Positions 38,456-48,549 of a stretch of 64,000 nt of DNA are shown in pieces; the first letter of the stretch is position 1, and the number at the start of each line of letters is the position of its first letter. A model generated the notes under the pieces. The model did no database searches. It saw nothing but the letters and a program-made list of their open reading frames with translations, and was not told the origin of the DNA. The DNA comes from Gemmatimonadota bacterium (lineage in GTDB: Bacteria > Gemmatimonadota > Gemmatimonadetes > Longimicrobiales > Gaopeijiaceae): NCBI GenBank assembly GCA_039589315.1, contig JBDHHQ010000013.1, forward strand, positions 128,001 to 192,000, in the 5' to 3' direction. A program made the translations under genes and the position numbers.

Positions 38456-41290
38456 TCAGAACGCGTACCGCACCGAAAGCTGGACCTGACGCGGAGGCGC
38501 CGCTGTCGTGTAGGCGATGGGGTCACCGGGCCGCCCGACCTGGGTCCTGGGCCCACCTCCGGGTATCCCGTTGGCGAAGCCCGTGTAGTTGGTCGCATCG
38601 AAGACGTTGAAGACGTCCGCTCGGAGCTCGAGCAGTGTCTCCCCGAGAAAGAGACGATAGGCCCCGGTGAGGTTGAGGAGAAAGGCCTGGGGAAGGCGCT
38701 CCTCGTTACGCGCCACGCCCGAGAACCGATCGTGGTTGCCCACGAAGCCGTTGCCGAAGATCGGACCCGATCCGTCCAGATCCCGGAAATGGGCGACCCG
38801 GTTGATTGGCGTCCCGGTCTGGAAGTCGGCAATGCCACCCAGTGTGACGTTGGGGGTCGGGCTCCAGAGCCCACGAACGGTCACATGGTGTCGGCGGTCG
38901 TTGATGGCGTGGGCCCACTCGTCGTCGAACTCGTTGCCTTCGAAGGCCTGGAAGTTGATGTCCTCCGTATCGGTCTTCGTGCTGGACAAGATCCAGTTCG
39001 CCTCGAGCGTCACCTCGTCGGCCACCCGGCCTCGCGCCATGACGTAGAGCCCCAGGTACCGGGCCCGGCCGCCGGAATCGGTGGTCGTCAGGCGCCGGAA
39101 GCCGCCCGGCTCGGGGGTGACGGGTCGGTACTGGTCCCCGAACTCGGCTGGGCGATCCACGGTGTCGGCCGGCGTGAGCCGACGCTGGATGGCGTTAAGG
39201 TCCAATGAGCGTGGGAGGTTCCAGGTTTCGGACCAGACGCCATCCACCGCCACGGCCCATGTGTCGCCGAGCTGTCGCTGGAAGCCCGCGGTGGCCTGGC
39301 TCGACATGGGCTGCTCGAGGCCGTTGGCGAACATGACGCGCATCTCCCGAGGCGGAAGCTCGTCTTGCAGGCCTTCGAGATCCTCGGCCGTCGGCCCCTG
39401 CAGGAAGGGTGGCGGCGGGAAGACCTTTCCCTCGAAGGTCACCACCGCATTCCCGTCTGGGCCGAACTGGACCGCGTCGGAGTACACGGCGTACGGGAAC
39501 TTCCCCGCGTAGAGTCCCCATCCTCCCCTCAGCACCGTGTTCGGGGTGGCGTACCAGTTGGCCGAGACCCTGGGCTGGAAGTTGTCGAGGTCGGGGCGGC
39601 TCTGGCCTCGGGACGTGATGTCGTCGTAGTCCCACCGGACGCCGCCCTGGATCGTCAGAGACGGAGACACCCGCCAGACGTCCTCCACGAACGCGCCCAC
39701 CAACGTCTGGGTCAGGTCTACCTGCTGGGGGTTCGCATCGATGGTGTAGCTCGACACCCGGACGTCCACGGGGATGTCGGTGATCGACAGGAATTCGCCC
39801 GACGCTTCGATGTTGCCCTCGTTCACCACCGTGTAGGCCCCCGTGGGGTTGGTGGACGACCCTGTGAGCTCGAACCCCGAGGACACGACGTCGGCACCCA
39901 GCCGGAGCGTGTGATCCCGACCGATGCGACTCTCCAGCACGTCCTTGAGCTGTAGCTGCACCTCGGTCTCGTCGAAGATGAAGTTGCTCGATCCCACCAC
40001 CGCCTCCACCGTCGTCTCGTCCTGCGCCACGACGGTGGTCTGCGGCGTCTGGAAGTCGCTGGCCGACGGTGGAAAGAACCAGCGGAAGGTGCCCAGCTGC
40101 ACCGACAGCTCGTTGCCTGCCCTCCCGGCACGGAAGGCGGATCGGTGGGTGAGGCTGGTCAGGCTGCCGATCCGCCGGGTGGTGATGTCGGCCTCCGGCA
40201 CCACCACGCCCGACCCCTGACCCTCGCGGCTCACGTCACTCAGAGCGAAGCGAAGCGTGGTGGCCTGGGACTCGCTCCAGATCTGGTCCACGCGCAGGAA
40301 TGCCTTCCAGGTCCGACGCAGCTCCGTCCCCAGGAACTGGGTGCGGGCCGTTGACCCGATCCGATCCTCCTTCTCGTCGCCGAATTCCAGCGCCGCGAAC
40401 AGGTAGGTGCGATCCCTGACCAAGGGCCCACTGATGGCACCGCCCAGCTGCGTTCGCTCGAAGCCCTCGGGATCGGTCCCGGCCGGTGCGAACTCGGGCT
40501 CCGAGTCCAGCGGAATGCCGGGACGGCGGAATAGGAATGCCTCGCCCGACCACCGCTCTCCCCCCGCGAGCGTCTCCACGTTCACGACGCCGTTGGAGCT
40601 GCGTCCGTAGGCCGGGCGATACGAGTTGGCCATGAGTGCGAGGCGTCGCATCCCGGCCAGTGGGATGTCCACGCGCGGCCCACCGAGGAACCCTTCGTTG
40701 TTGTCCAGACCGTCGACCAGGTACTGGGTGTAGAGAGAGTTGGCCCCGTTCACGGTCAGGACCGGGGCGTCTCCGAAGAATCCGGTGGACTGGGAGACAC
40801 CGGGGAGGTTGTAGGCCAGCGCCCACGGGTTCCGTGAATCCGTGGGAAGCCCCGCCAGCTCCGTCTCTTCCAGTGTACCGCCCGTCGCGGCGTCCTCGGT
40901 GTTCAGCAGTGGCCGCTCCCGACGGCCCGTCACCGTCACCGCATCCAGCGTGTAGAGCTTCGCCAGCGTGACCGCCATCTCCTGTCGCTGACCGGCAACC
41001 TGAGGCGGCACGGCAGCCTCCTCGGGGAGGAACCCCGGCGCGCTGAAGGTGACGACACCGCCTTCCCCGGCGGGAACCACCAACACGAACCGGCCGGAGC
41101 CGTCGGTGATCGTCTCGTGGGCGCCCGGATCGAACGCGACGCGCACACCTTCGAGCGCGATTCCGACCTGGGTGCGCACTAGACCGACCAGCTGGGCGCG
41201 GTCCTGTGCCTGCAACACCGCAGGCCATGACAGGGCCATTCCTACCGACAGGGCAGCGACGACTCGGCGGCGTGACATCGGGGTCGGCAT
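38456..41290 (-). CDS. TonB-dependent receptor (Oar-like, N-terminal carboxypeptidase-regulatory-like domain)
   Basis: Signal peptide; TDGSGRF; LDAVTVTG TonB box; YLVDGLDNN; YGRSSNGVVNV; GVRWDYD; PRQVQLSVRYAF C-terminus. Confidence 0.92.
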   Translation of the reverse strand: MPTPMSRRRVVAALSVGMALSWPAVLQAQDRAQLVGLVRTQVGIALEGVRVAFDPGAHETITDGSGRFVLVVPAGEGGVVTFSAPGFLPEEAAVPPQVAGQRQEMAVTLAKLYTLDAVTVTGRRERPLLNTEDAATGGTLEETELAGLPTDSRNPWALAYNLPGVSQSTGFFGDAPVLTVNGANSLYTQYLVDGLDNNEGFLGGPRVDIPLAGMRRLALMANSYRPAYGRSSNGVVNVETLAGGERWSGEAFLFRRPGIPLDSEPEFAPAGTDPEGFERTQLGGAISGPLVRDRTYLFAALEFGDEKEDRIGSTARTQFLGTELRRTWKAFLRVDQIWSESQATTLRFALSDVSREGQGSGVVVPEADITTRRIGSLTSLTHRSAFRAGRAGNELSVQLGTFRWFFPPSASDFQTPQTTVVAQDETTVEAVVGSSNFIFDETEVQLQLKDVLESRIGRDHTLRLGADVVSSGFELTGSSTNPTGAYTVVNEGNIEASGEFLSITDIPVDVRVSSYTIDANPQQVDLTQTLVGAFVEDVWRVSPSLTIQGGVRWDYDDITSRGQSRPDLDNFQPRVSANWYATPNTVLRGGWGLYAGKFPYAVYSDAVQFGPDGNAVVTFEGKVFPPPPFLQGPTAEDLEGLQDELPPREMRVMFANGLEQPMSSQATAGFQRQLGDTWAVAVDGVWSETWNLPRSLDLNAIQRRLTPADTVDRPAEFGDQYRPVTPEPGGFRRLTTTDSGGRARYLGLYVMARGRVADEVTLEANWILSSTKTDTEDINFQAFEGNEFDDEWAHAINDRRHHVTVRGLWSPTPNVTLGGIADFQTGTPINRVAHFRDLDGSGPIFGNGFVGNHDRFSGVARNEERLPQAFLLNLTGAYRLFLGETLLELRADVFNVFDATNYTGFANGIPGGGPRTQVGRPGDPIAYTTAAPPRQVQLSVRYAF

Positions 41291-41448
41291 GCTCCGGGAG
41301 ATAGCGGCGGGTCTTCGGCATCACAATGCCCGCTCTCGGCCTCCCGGTTCCCGACCGCGCCCGAAGCGAGGGTCGTTGCGACGCCTGGCGCGGTTGAGGA
41401 TGTTCGAGCCATGTCACGGACTCCTTCGACCGTGGGACGGCAGCGGCG

Positions 41449-42750
41449 ATGACGGCCCTGGCTGGCCTTGACGTGGGCACGACCGCGGTGAAAGCCGCCG
41501 TGTTCGACGGGGACGGGCGCGTGCTGCGATCGGCACGGCGGCTACTTCCCCGCCTCGAGATCCGTGGGCCGCGGGCGTGGCAAGACCTCGATGGGGTCAT
41601 CGCGGCCGTGGAGGCGGCTCTCGAGGACGTCCGCCGCCAGGGACCGATCGATCGCGTGTGCCTGGCGACCCAGCGCGACACGGTCGTTCTGGTCGACGAT
41701 GCCGGCGCTGCGCTCACCCCGCTGGTGTCGTGGCGCGACCGGCGTGATCTGGTCCACGGCTCCCTCTGGGACGCTTTTGCCGAAGAGGGAGACGTGCTTC
41801 GCGGGGCGGGGAGCGTCCGCTCTCTCGCCTCCCACCTGACCTCGCGGTGGGTCGGGCGGGCGGTAGAGGCAGCGGGCACTGTGCCTCGCCACCTGTGGGG
41901 ATCGGCGCTCGATCGAGTTCGGGCCGTCGGACCGCTTGCCCTGGCGCACCCCGAAGTGGTTCCCGTGGGAAGCGCGGTGGGTGCGGTGACCGGCTCGGTG
42001 CTGCACGTGTGCGGTGGCGACAAGAACTGCGAGCTACTGGGAAGCGGGGTGACGTCGGCCGGAAAGGGGGCGCTCTCCCTGGGATCCGCCATCGGCCTGG
42101 GAATGCTGGCTGATGGTTCGACGGACCCACCGGCCGGCGTGGTGCTCACCCACGCTTCGATTCCTGGGCGCTGGAACGTGGAGACCGGCCTGGCCGGCGG
42201 CCTGGAGGGTGAGCGGTTCCTACGGGACCTGGCTCCTGTGCTCCCACCGCTCGCAAGTCAATTCGTCCTTGCGGGGATGATCGCCCCGTACTTCGCTGGG
42301 GCCCTCGACGCACCTGAGGCACTCCCGCTCTGCGACGGTATCGGCGACTCGACCCCTCCCGAAGTCGTGCACCAGGCCTGGACTCAGGGGGTGCTGTGCG
42401 AGCTGCGCCGTCTTCGCCCAGCGCTCGAGACCGCGGCCGGGAGCCCACTCGAGGACCTCGTCGTCACAGGCGGGCGGGCGGCGGACGCCGCCTGGGTTCA
42501 GTTGGCAGCCGACGCGCTGCAGCTCCCCACCCGACCGCTGGCGGATCCATGGGCGGGCGCCCGTGGCGCCGTCGCGGCCGCCCTGACGGCGGAACCCCCA
42601 GAGCGGTCGGAAGCATTCCTTCGACGTGGGGCCGCGCTGGCCGAACCCTGTCGTCCCGACCCCCGACGTGCCGATGATGTGGCCCGCTACTACGATCGGT
42701 GGATGGCCCTGAGCGACGTAGCCCGCAGTCGGAGCGGACAGCACCCATGA
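41449..42750 (+). CDS. FGGY family carbohydrate kinase (compact, divergent)
   Basis: GLDVGTTAVKAAVFD; TQRDTVVLVD..PLVSWRDRR; GGDKNC; LSLGSA; VVTGGRA. Confidence 0.85.
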   Translation: MTALAGLDVGTTAVKAAVFDGDGRVLRSARRLLPRLEIRGPRAWQDLDGVIAAVEAALEDVRRQGPIDRVCLATQRDTVVLVDDAGAALTPLVSWRDRRDLVHGSLWDAFAEEGDVLRGAGSVRSLASHLTSRWVGRAVEAAGTVPRHLWGSALDRVRAVGPLALAHPEVVPVGSAVGAVTGSVLHVCGGDKNCELLGSGVTSAGKGALSLGSAIGLGMLADGSTDPPAGVVLTHASIPGRWNVETGLAGGLEGERFLRDLAPVLPPLASQFVLAGMIAPYFAGALDAPEALPLCDGIGDSTPPEVVHQAWTQGVLCELRRLRPALETAAGSPLEDLVVTGGRAADAAWVQLAADALQLPTRPLADPWAGARGAVAAALTAEPPERSEAFLRRGAALAEPCRPDPRRADDVARYYDRWMALSDVARSRSGQHP

Positions 42751-43628
42751 AGCCGGTTCAGATCACGCGTCGCCCCCATGATCCCCTCGACGATCCGCCG
42801 GGCGCCCCACGACTACCCGAGATCCTGTTGTACCCGGGCAACCGCTGCAATCGGGATTGTCACTTCTGTTGCGTCGACGGGAGCCCCGGCGGCTCCTTCG
42901 CTCCGTTCGCCCTGGACGCGCCGGAGCGGCTCGTGCAGTTGATACAGCCGGGAGCTCGAATCAAGCTCTACGGCGGAGAGCCCACCCTGCATCACCGGTA
43001 CTTCACCGGCTTCATCCGCGACCTTCGGCGCCTGGGATATGTCGGGCGCCTGACGGTGTTCAGCAACGGCGTCCAGTCGCAGCGGCTCATTCATATGTTG
43101 GAGGCCGACCCACCCGCCGATCACCACCGCGGCACCGACGCGTACCTGAACCACTACGTCTGGCATGGAGACGGCGTCGAGCCGATACCACCCGGTCGTC
43201 GGGCCGAGCTGCAAGCCTGGGGCACCGCCAACCCCGGCCGGCTCTGGCTGGGGCACGAGGACGTGCTCCAGGTGGGAGGCGCGGCCCGTCACACGTCCGA
43301 CGACGTCGCTGGTCGGCCCGACTTTCGAGGGCGGTGCGCTCGTTGTCACCCCACCATGAAGAGCGACGGACGGATCCACGCGTGCGCCTTCGCGGTTGAG
43401 GTGGAGGCGGCCCAGTACGATCTCGGTACGATCGCGCAGTCGCCCTGGCAGCTGCGAGCCCGTCGCCAGCGCTTCCTCAGGTGGGTCGACGAGGTCTTGG
43501 AGCCTGCGGCCGCGGACCGCGAAGAGCACCCGTGCGTAACCTGCCTCCGGTGGGCGCGGGCGGAGACCGAAGGCGGGACCGCACGAACGCTCCCGGTGCT
43601 CCGACCGGAGCTGGTGCCAGCTCCTTAG
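42747..43628 (+). CDS. Radical SAM protein with C-terminal Cys cluster (SPASM/twitch-like)
   Basis: CNRDCHFC (CxxxCxxC); YGGEPTL; FSNG; C-terminal CARC..DGRIHAC..LGTI..CVTC; ATGA overlap with kinase stop. Confidence 0.88.
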   Translation: MKPVQITRRPHDPLDDPPGAPRLPEILLYPGNRCNRDCHFCCVDGSPGGSFAPFALDAPERLVQLIQPGARIKLYGGEPTLHHRYFTGFIRDLRRLGYVGRLTVFSNGVQSQRLIHMLEADPPADHHRGTDAYLNHYVWHGDGVEPIPPGRRAELQAWGTANPGRLWLGHEDVLQVGGAARHTSDDVAGRPDFRGRCARCHPTMKSDGRIHACAFAVEVEAAQYDLGTIAQSPWQLRARRQRFLRWVDEVLEPAAADREEHPCVTCLRWARAETEGGTARTLPVLRPELVPAP

Positions 43629-43731
43629 ACGGCGCGTCGGACCCACGTGTGCCGAGGCCCTGACCCTCGCCGCCTCGCCGCGCTGGTTGGGGGCCTACCA
43701 CTCCCGCGAGCTGCCGCGTCGCGAGGCTACA

Positions 43732-44343
43732 CTAGAGGTAGCGTACCGCCCAGACAATCCTCTGGAGCGTGCTCAGCCCCACGAGGAGGGCCAGCACCGT
43801 GAACAACGGGATCAGCCGGTCCGGAAAGAGCAGGAACAGGCCGTAGAACACCATGGTCTCGGTACCTCCGACGATCCCGGCCGGCATGGAGACGGTTGTC
43901 TGCTCGGCCCGCTCCCGCGCGCCCCGGTTCCGCTTCTCCAGGATGGCCGAGAGCACCGTCCAGCTCGCCGCGTTCACGTAGAACGTGGCCAGCATGACGG
44001 CCAGGGTCAGGTACAGCAGCTCGGACGCGGGCCGGGAGAGCACCAGGCCCAGCGGCACCAGCGCGTACACGAGGAAATCCAACACCAGGTCCAGGTAGCC
44101 GCCCAGGTCACTCTGTGTCCCGTGGACTCGGGCGGTCACGCCATCCAACCCGTCGAGGAACCGGTTCCCCACCCAAGCGAGCAGAGCCCAGCCATAGGCC
44201 TGTCGGAGGCACAGGACGAAGACCGCGCCCCCCAGCATCAGGGCGAGGAGCGTGATGAGGTGGGGATGCACGCCGGGCCCCAGCGCCCTGGCGGCCGGGG
44301 CGAGCAGACGGTCCTTGAAACCGCGCAGAGCGTCGTCCAGCAT
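43732..44343 (-). CDS. ynjF: CDP-alcohol phosphatidyltransferase family protein, YnjF-like
   Basis: [30 protein letters not shown] (DxxDGxxAR..GxxxDxxxD); MLD start, [11 protein letters not shown] and GTET recall YnjF. Confidence 0.85.
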   Translation of the reverse strand: MLDDALRGFKDRLLAPAARALGPGVHPHLITLLALMLGGAVFVLCLRQAYGWALLAWVGNRFLDGLDGVTARVHGTQSDLGGYLDLVLDFLVYALVPLGLVLSRPASELLYLTLAVMLATFYVNAASWTVLSAILEKRNRGARERAEQTTVSMPAGIVGGTETMVFYGLFLLFPDRLIPLFTVLALLVGLSTLQRIVWAVRYL

Positions 44344-44473
44344 GCTACGGACCAGCTCCTCCGTTGAGGCACTCCTTTACACTACCGTTTGCGGGCACCC
44401 GGCGCATAGGCCGGGGTACGCGCGACCGGCAGTCCGGCTGCCGTCCCCGCCGGCAACACCACAGAGGAGCACC

Positions 44474-46156
44474 ATGAGCGATCCGCGCTTCATCTACGTG
44501 ATGAAAGGGCTCGGCAAGATCGTTCCGCCGAAGCGGAAGATCCTCGAGAACATCTGGCTTTCCTTCTTCCCGGGCGCGAAGATCGGCGTCGTGGGCGCCA
44601 ACGGCTCGGGCAAGAGCTCGCTCCTCCGCATCATGGCAGGCGAGGACACCGACTTCATGGGCGAGGCGTGGGCGGCCAAGGGCACCGGCGTCGGATATCT
44701 GCCCCAGGAGCCCCAACTCGACCCCGAGCTCGATGTCCAGGGGAACGTGGAGCTCGCCGTCCAGGAGACGCGGGACCTTCTCCGGCGCTACGACGAGATC
44801 AACGCCGCCTTCGCCGAGCCCATGTCCGACGGGGAGATGCAGTCGCTCATCGACCGACAGGCCAAGGTCCAGGACGCCATCGACGCCGCGAACGCCTGGG
44901 ACCTGGATCGCAAGATCGAGATCGCCATGGACGCGCTCCGGTTGCCGCCGCCGGACGCCGACGTCAGCACGCTCTCCGGCGGCGAGCGGCGGCGGGTCGC
45001 GCTCTGCAGGGTGCTGCTCGAGGAGCCGGACATGCTGCTCCTGGACGAGCCCACGAACCACCTGGACGCCGAATCGGTGGCTTGGCTCGAGCGTCACCTG
45101 GCAGAGTTCCCCGGGACCATCGTGGCCGTGACCCACGACCGCTACTTCCTGGACAACGTGGCCCAGTGGATCCTCGAGCTGGACCGGGGAAAGGGGATCC
45201 CCTGGGAGGGCAATTACTCCTCGTGGCTCGAGCAGAAGGAGACGCGTCTCTCCCGGGAAGAGAAGGAAGGCTCTGCCAGGCGGCGCACCCTCGAGCGCGA
45301 GCTCGAGTGGATCCGGATGACGCCCAAGGGCCGACACGCCAAGGGGAAGGCCCGCATCAACGCCTACGAGGAGCTCCTCGCGCAGGATGAGCGGGAAAAG
45401 GTCGGAACAGTGGAGATCCTGATTCCGGCGGGCCCCCGATTGGGCAGGGACGTCATCGAGTTCGAGCACGTGTCCAAGGGCTACGGAGACGTCCAGCTCA
45501 TCGACGACCTGTCGTTCACCGTTCCCACGGCGGCCATCGTGGGCGTGATAGGCGCGAACGGCGCCGGGAAGACCACGCTCTTCCGGATGATCACGGAACA
45601 GGAAGGACCCGACAGCGGCACCATCCGCCTGGGCTCCACCGTCCAGCTTGCCTACGTGGATCAGAGCCGGGACGCCCTGGACGGTGACAAGACCGTCTGG
45701 GAGGAGGTCTCGGGCGGACTCGACCAGATCACCCTGGGCAGAGCCGAGGTGAGCTCACGGGCGTACTTGTCGTGGTTCAACTTCCGGGGCACCGATCAGC
45801 AGAAGAAGGTCGGCGTGCTGTCCGGAGGGGAACGGAACCGGGTGCACCTGGCCAAGCTGATCAAGACCGGAGCCAACGTGATCCTCCTGGACGAGCCGTC
45901 CAACGACCTGGACGTGGACACGCTGCGCGCCCTGGAAGACGCGCTGTTGGACTTTGCCGGCTGCGTCCTGGTCGTGTCACATGACCGCTGGTTCCTGGAC
46001 CGGATCGCCACGCACATCCTTGCCTTCGAAGGCGAGAGCCAGGTCCGCTGGTTCGAGGGCAACTACCACGAGTACGAAGCCGACCGGCGGCGCCGCTTGG
46101 GCGCAGAGGCGGAGCAGCCCCACCGGATCCGCTACAAGAAGCTGGTGCGGGGCTGA
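44474..46156 (+). CDS. ettA: Energy-dependent translational throttle protein EttA (ABC-F)
   Basis: [44 protein letters not shown]; two ABC domains; [22 protein letters not shown] end. Confidence 0.96.
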   Translation: MSDPRFIYVMKGLGKIVPPKRKILENIWLSFFPGAKIGVVGANGSGKSSLLRIMAGEDTDFMGEAWAAKGTGVGYLPQEPQLDPELDVQGNVELAVQETRDLLRRYDEINAAFAEPMSDGEMQSLIDRQAKVQDAIDAANAWDLDRKIEIAMDALRLPPPDADVSTLSGGERRRVALCRVLLEEPDMLLLDEPTNHLDAESVAWLERHLAEFPGTIVAVTHDRYFLDNVAQWILELDRGKGIPWEGNYSSWLEQKETRLSREEKEGSARRRTLERELEWIRMTPKGRHAKGKARINAYEELLAQDEREKVGTVEILIPAGPRLGRDVIEFEHVSKGYGDVQLIDDLSFTVPTAAIVGVIGANGAGKTTLFRMITEQEGPDSGTIRLGSTVQLAYVDQSRDALDGDKTVWEEVSGGLDQITLGRAEVSSRAYLSWFNFRGTDQQKKVGVLSGGERNRVHLAKLIKTGANVILLDEPSNDLDVDTLRALEDALLDFAGCVLVVSHDRWFLDRIATHILAFEGESQVRWFEGNYHEYEADRRRRLGAEAEQPHRIRYKKLVRG

Positions 46157-46327
46157 GGGTCCCTGACTCCGGCCCCGGCGCCGTGACGATGTGGAGCGCC
46201 CACGACCCACCGGCACCCGCCCCGTCCATGGGTCGGGGATGATCCGGGACACCGCCCGCCCGGCGACCGGTCCCCCCACGGAAACCGGCGCCGGGCCCCT
46301 CGTGGCGGGAGGGATCGCGCTGGGCTG

Positions 46328-46768
46328 TTACGCCTGACGACTGAGCAGGTCGCGGATCTCGGTCAGCAGCTTCTCCTCGGCCGACGGCTCGGGCGCGGCC
46401 GGCGGCGCCTCCTCGGCTGCTTCCTCCTCGCGCTTCATCTTGTTGAAGCTCCGGACCACCATGAACACGGCGAACGCCACGATCAGGAACGAGATCAACG
46501 CGTTGATGAAGACCCCGTAGTTGATGGTGACGGCCCCGGCCTCCTGCGCCGCCGCCAGGGTCGCATACGGCCCAGCGGGGTCGCCGGCGGACAGAGTGAT
46601 GAACAGGTCGGCGAAGTCTACGCCCCCCATCATCAGGCCGATGGGAGGCATGATGACGTCGTTCACGAGCGACGAGATGATGGTCCCGAACGCCGCTCCG
46701 ATGATGATGCCGACGGCCATGTCCAGCATGTTGCCCTTGACCGCGAACTCCTTGAACTCCTTGAGCAT
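46328..46768 (-). CDS. mscL: Large-conductance mechanosensitive channel
   Basis: [62 protein letters not shown]. Confidence 0.97.
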   Translation of the reverse strand: MLKEFKEFAVKGNMLDMAVGIIIGAAFGTIISSLVNDVIMPPIGLMMGGVDFADLFITLSAGDPAGPYATLAAAQEAGAVTINYGVFINALISFLIVAFAVFMVVRSFNKMKREEEAAEEAPPAAPEPSAEEKLLTEIRDLLSRQA

Positions 46769-47052
46769 TCCTCCTCCTTCTGACCCGGGATCTGTTCCAC
46801 GGCCGCCCCACCACCAGACCTCGATTGTCCTGACCGGTCTTCCTACCCGCAAGTCACATTGGGGGCCCAGCCTCCGTCATCGCCAGAGCTACCTGGGCGG
46901 GAGCGCGCTGCAGCCGCCCGGCCGGCGGAGTTCGCCGGTGGCCGGCCTCGATTGCCGGGCCTGCAAGGATCCCGGTGCGTGGGTCCCGGGTAGGGCATCT
47001 CGGTGACCACGGGGTCACCGCTCGATTCTGCAACCTCAACCGGTGGAAGCCA

Positions 47053-47466
47053 ATGCGTTGTTCGGCTCGCGTGTTCGGTCTCGGCAGCCTCGCGATCGTC
47101 GTGGGATCCGTCTCCGGCGTGGTGGCGGCCTCGGAGACGGGTCTGCACCTGGCTCTGGAGAAGTCGTCTCCGGCCGAGGATGCAGTCCTCGACAGCGCGC
47201 CAACAGAGATCCGCCTGTTCTTTTCCCAGGAGCCACAGGCCGCAGGGACCTCTCTGCGCCTCATGGCCGCCGACTCGACCCGCGTCTCCACCGGCGACCC
47301 AGAGCCCTCGGCGGACGACACCGCGGTCTTCTCGGCTCCAGTGACCGGCGCGATGCCCGACGGGTCGTACACGGTCGTCTGGCGCGCGATGGCGAAGGAC
47401 GGACACGTGGTTCGAGGCGAGTTCTCCTTCACGCTCGTTGCGGCCGACGGCGCCCCGGACCGCTGA
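47053..47466 (+). CDS. copC: Copper resistance protein CopC
   Basis: HLALEKSSPAEDAVL..APTEIRLFFSQ..YTVVWRAMAKDGHVVRGEFSF. Confidence 0.9.
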   Translation: MRCSARVFGLGSLAIVVGSVSGVVAASETGLHLALEKSSPAEDAVLDSAPTEIRLFFSQEPQAAGTSLRLMAADSTRVSTGDPEPSADDTAVFSAPVTGAMPDGSYTVVWRAMAKDGHVVRGEFSFTLVAADGAPDR

Positions 47467-47522
47467 CCGGCGCCGGGCCGATGGCGCGTCATCCCGGCGC
47501 CTCCTCTCTGCGGGCTTGAGGC

Positions 47523-48455
47523 GTGGCCACGGACTCCCCTCTGGCACTGATCGGCCGGTGGCTCCTCTTCTCGGGCACCCTTGCCTGGGTCGGAGCCGGG
47601 ACCGTCCGGTGGGGACTGCTCCCCGTGTGGTCCCGCGGCGCTGGATCCCCCGAGCCCCTTCGGGGCGCGCTGACCCGTGGGGCGGCTCGCGCCGGCGTCC
47701 TGGGCGGCCTCTTCCTGCTGGCCGGAGTCGTGTCCCGGCTGCAGACGCAGGTCGCCGACTTCGTCGACCCCTTCGACCCCGCCGGCCCTCAGGTCCGCCT
47801 GCTACTGACGGCCACCCTGTGGGGCAAGGTGTGGATCACGCAGGCCCTGCTCACCGCGGTCGGCCTGGTGGCCTTTGTGGCCGTGTTGGCGGGGCGGGGA
47901 AGGGTCGGGTGGGGTGCGGCTGGTGTGGCCGCCGTGGGGGTGGGTGCGATGCCGGCCCTCTCGGGGCACGCCGTCGGCAGCGAGAGCCTCACTACGCTCG
48001 CCGTGCTGGCCGACGTGCTTCACGTGCTGGCGGCGGGCGCCTGGATCGGGGGGCTGCTCGTCGTGGTAGCCGCGGTGGCATCCGGCCGAGCTTGGCGTGC
48101 GGACCCCGCCGGTCGAGCTCAGGTAGCCCGGCTGATCGGCCTGTTCTCGCCCATGGCGCTGGCGGCCGCGGCAGCGATCGTGGTCACCGGCCTGTTCGCC
48201 ACCTGGCTCCACCTGTCCAGCGTGGAGGCCTTCCTGGGCACGGGGTACGGACTCGCCGTCCGCCGGAAGCTCATGCTCGTGGCCCTCGTGTTGGGGGCGG
48301 GCGCCTACAACTGGCGGCGCGTGAAGCCCAGGCTCGCGGACCCCGGGGGGCCCGACCGGTTGCTGCGGTCGGCGATCCTGGAGCTGATCCTGGCGGGGCT
48401 AGTGCTGCTGGCCACTTCGGTGCTGGTGGTGACTCCGCCTGCCATGGACATGTGA
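47523..48455 (+). CDS. copD: Copper resistance membrane protein CopD
   Basis: LSGHA; DVLHVLAAGAWIGGL; FSPMA; TGYG..RKL; LGAYNW; lies after copC. Confidence 0.88.
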   Translation: MATDSPLALIGRWLLFSGTLAWVGAGTVRWGLLPVWSRGAGSPEPLRGALTRGAARAGVLGGLFLLAGVVSRLQTQVADFVDPFDPAGPQVRLLLTATLWGKVWITQALLTAVGLVAFVAVLAGRGRVGWGAAGVAAVGVGAMPALSGHAVGSESLTTLAVLADVLHVLAAGAWIGGLLVVVAAVASGRAWRADPAGRAQVARLIGLFSPMALAAAAAIVVTGLFATWLHLSSVEAFLGTGYGLAVRRKLMLVALVLGAGAYNWRRVKPRLADPGGPDRLLRSAILELILAGLVLLATSVLVVTPPAMDM

Positions 48456-48549
48456 CGGGCCCCGCAGACGCGTTCGACGACAGGGACCGAGGGACAGATC
48501 GGGCGTCGGGGCCTGGGACCGATTGTCCGGGCGGACGCCCGGGTGGGCC

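Noticed and set aside
41291..41448. Possible TPP or cobalamin riboswitch ahead of the TonB receptor/ABC operon
   Set aside because: I could not find the conserved cores (CTGAGA..ACCTGA for TPP; GGGAA..GCCACTG for cobalamin) on either strand. An Infernal search would be decisive.
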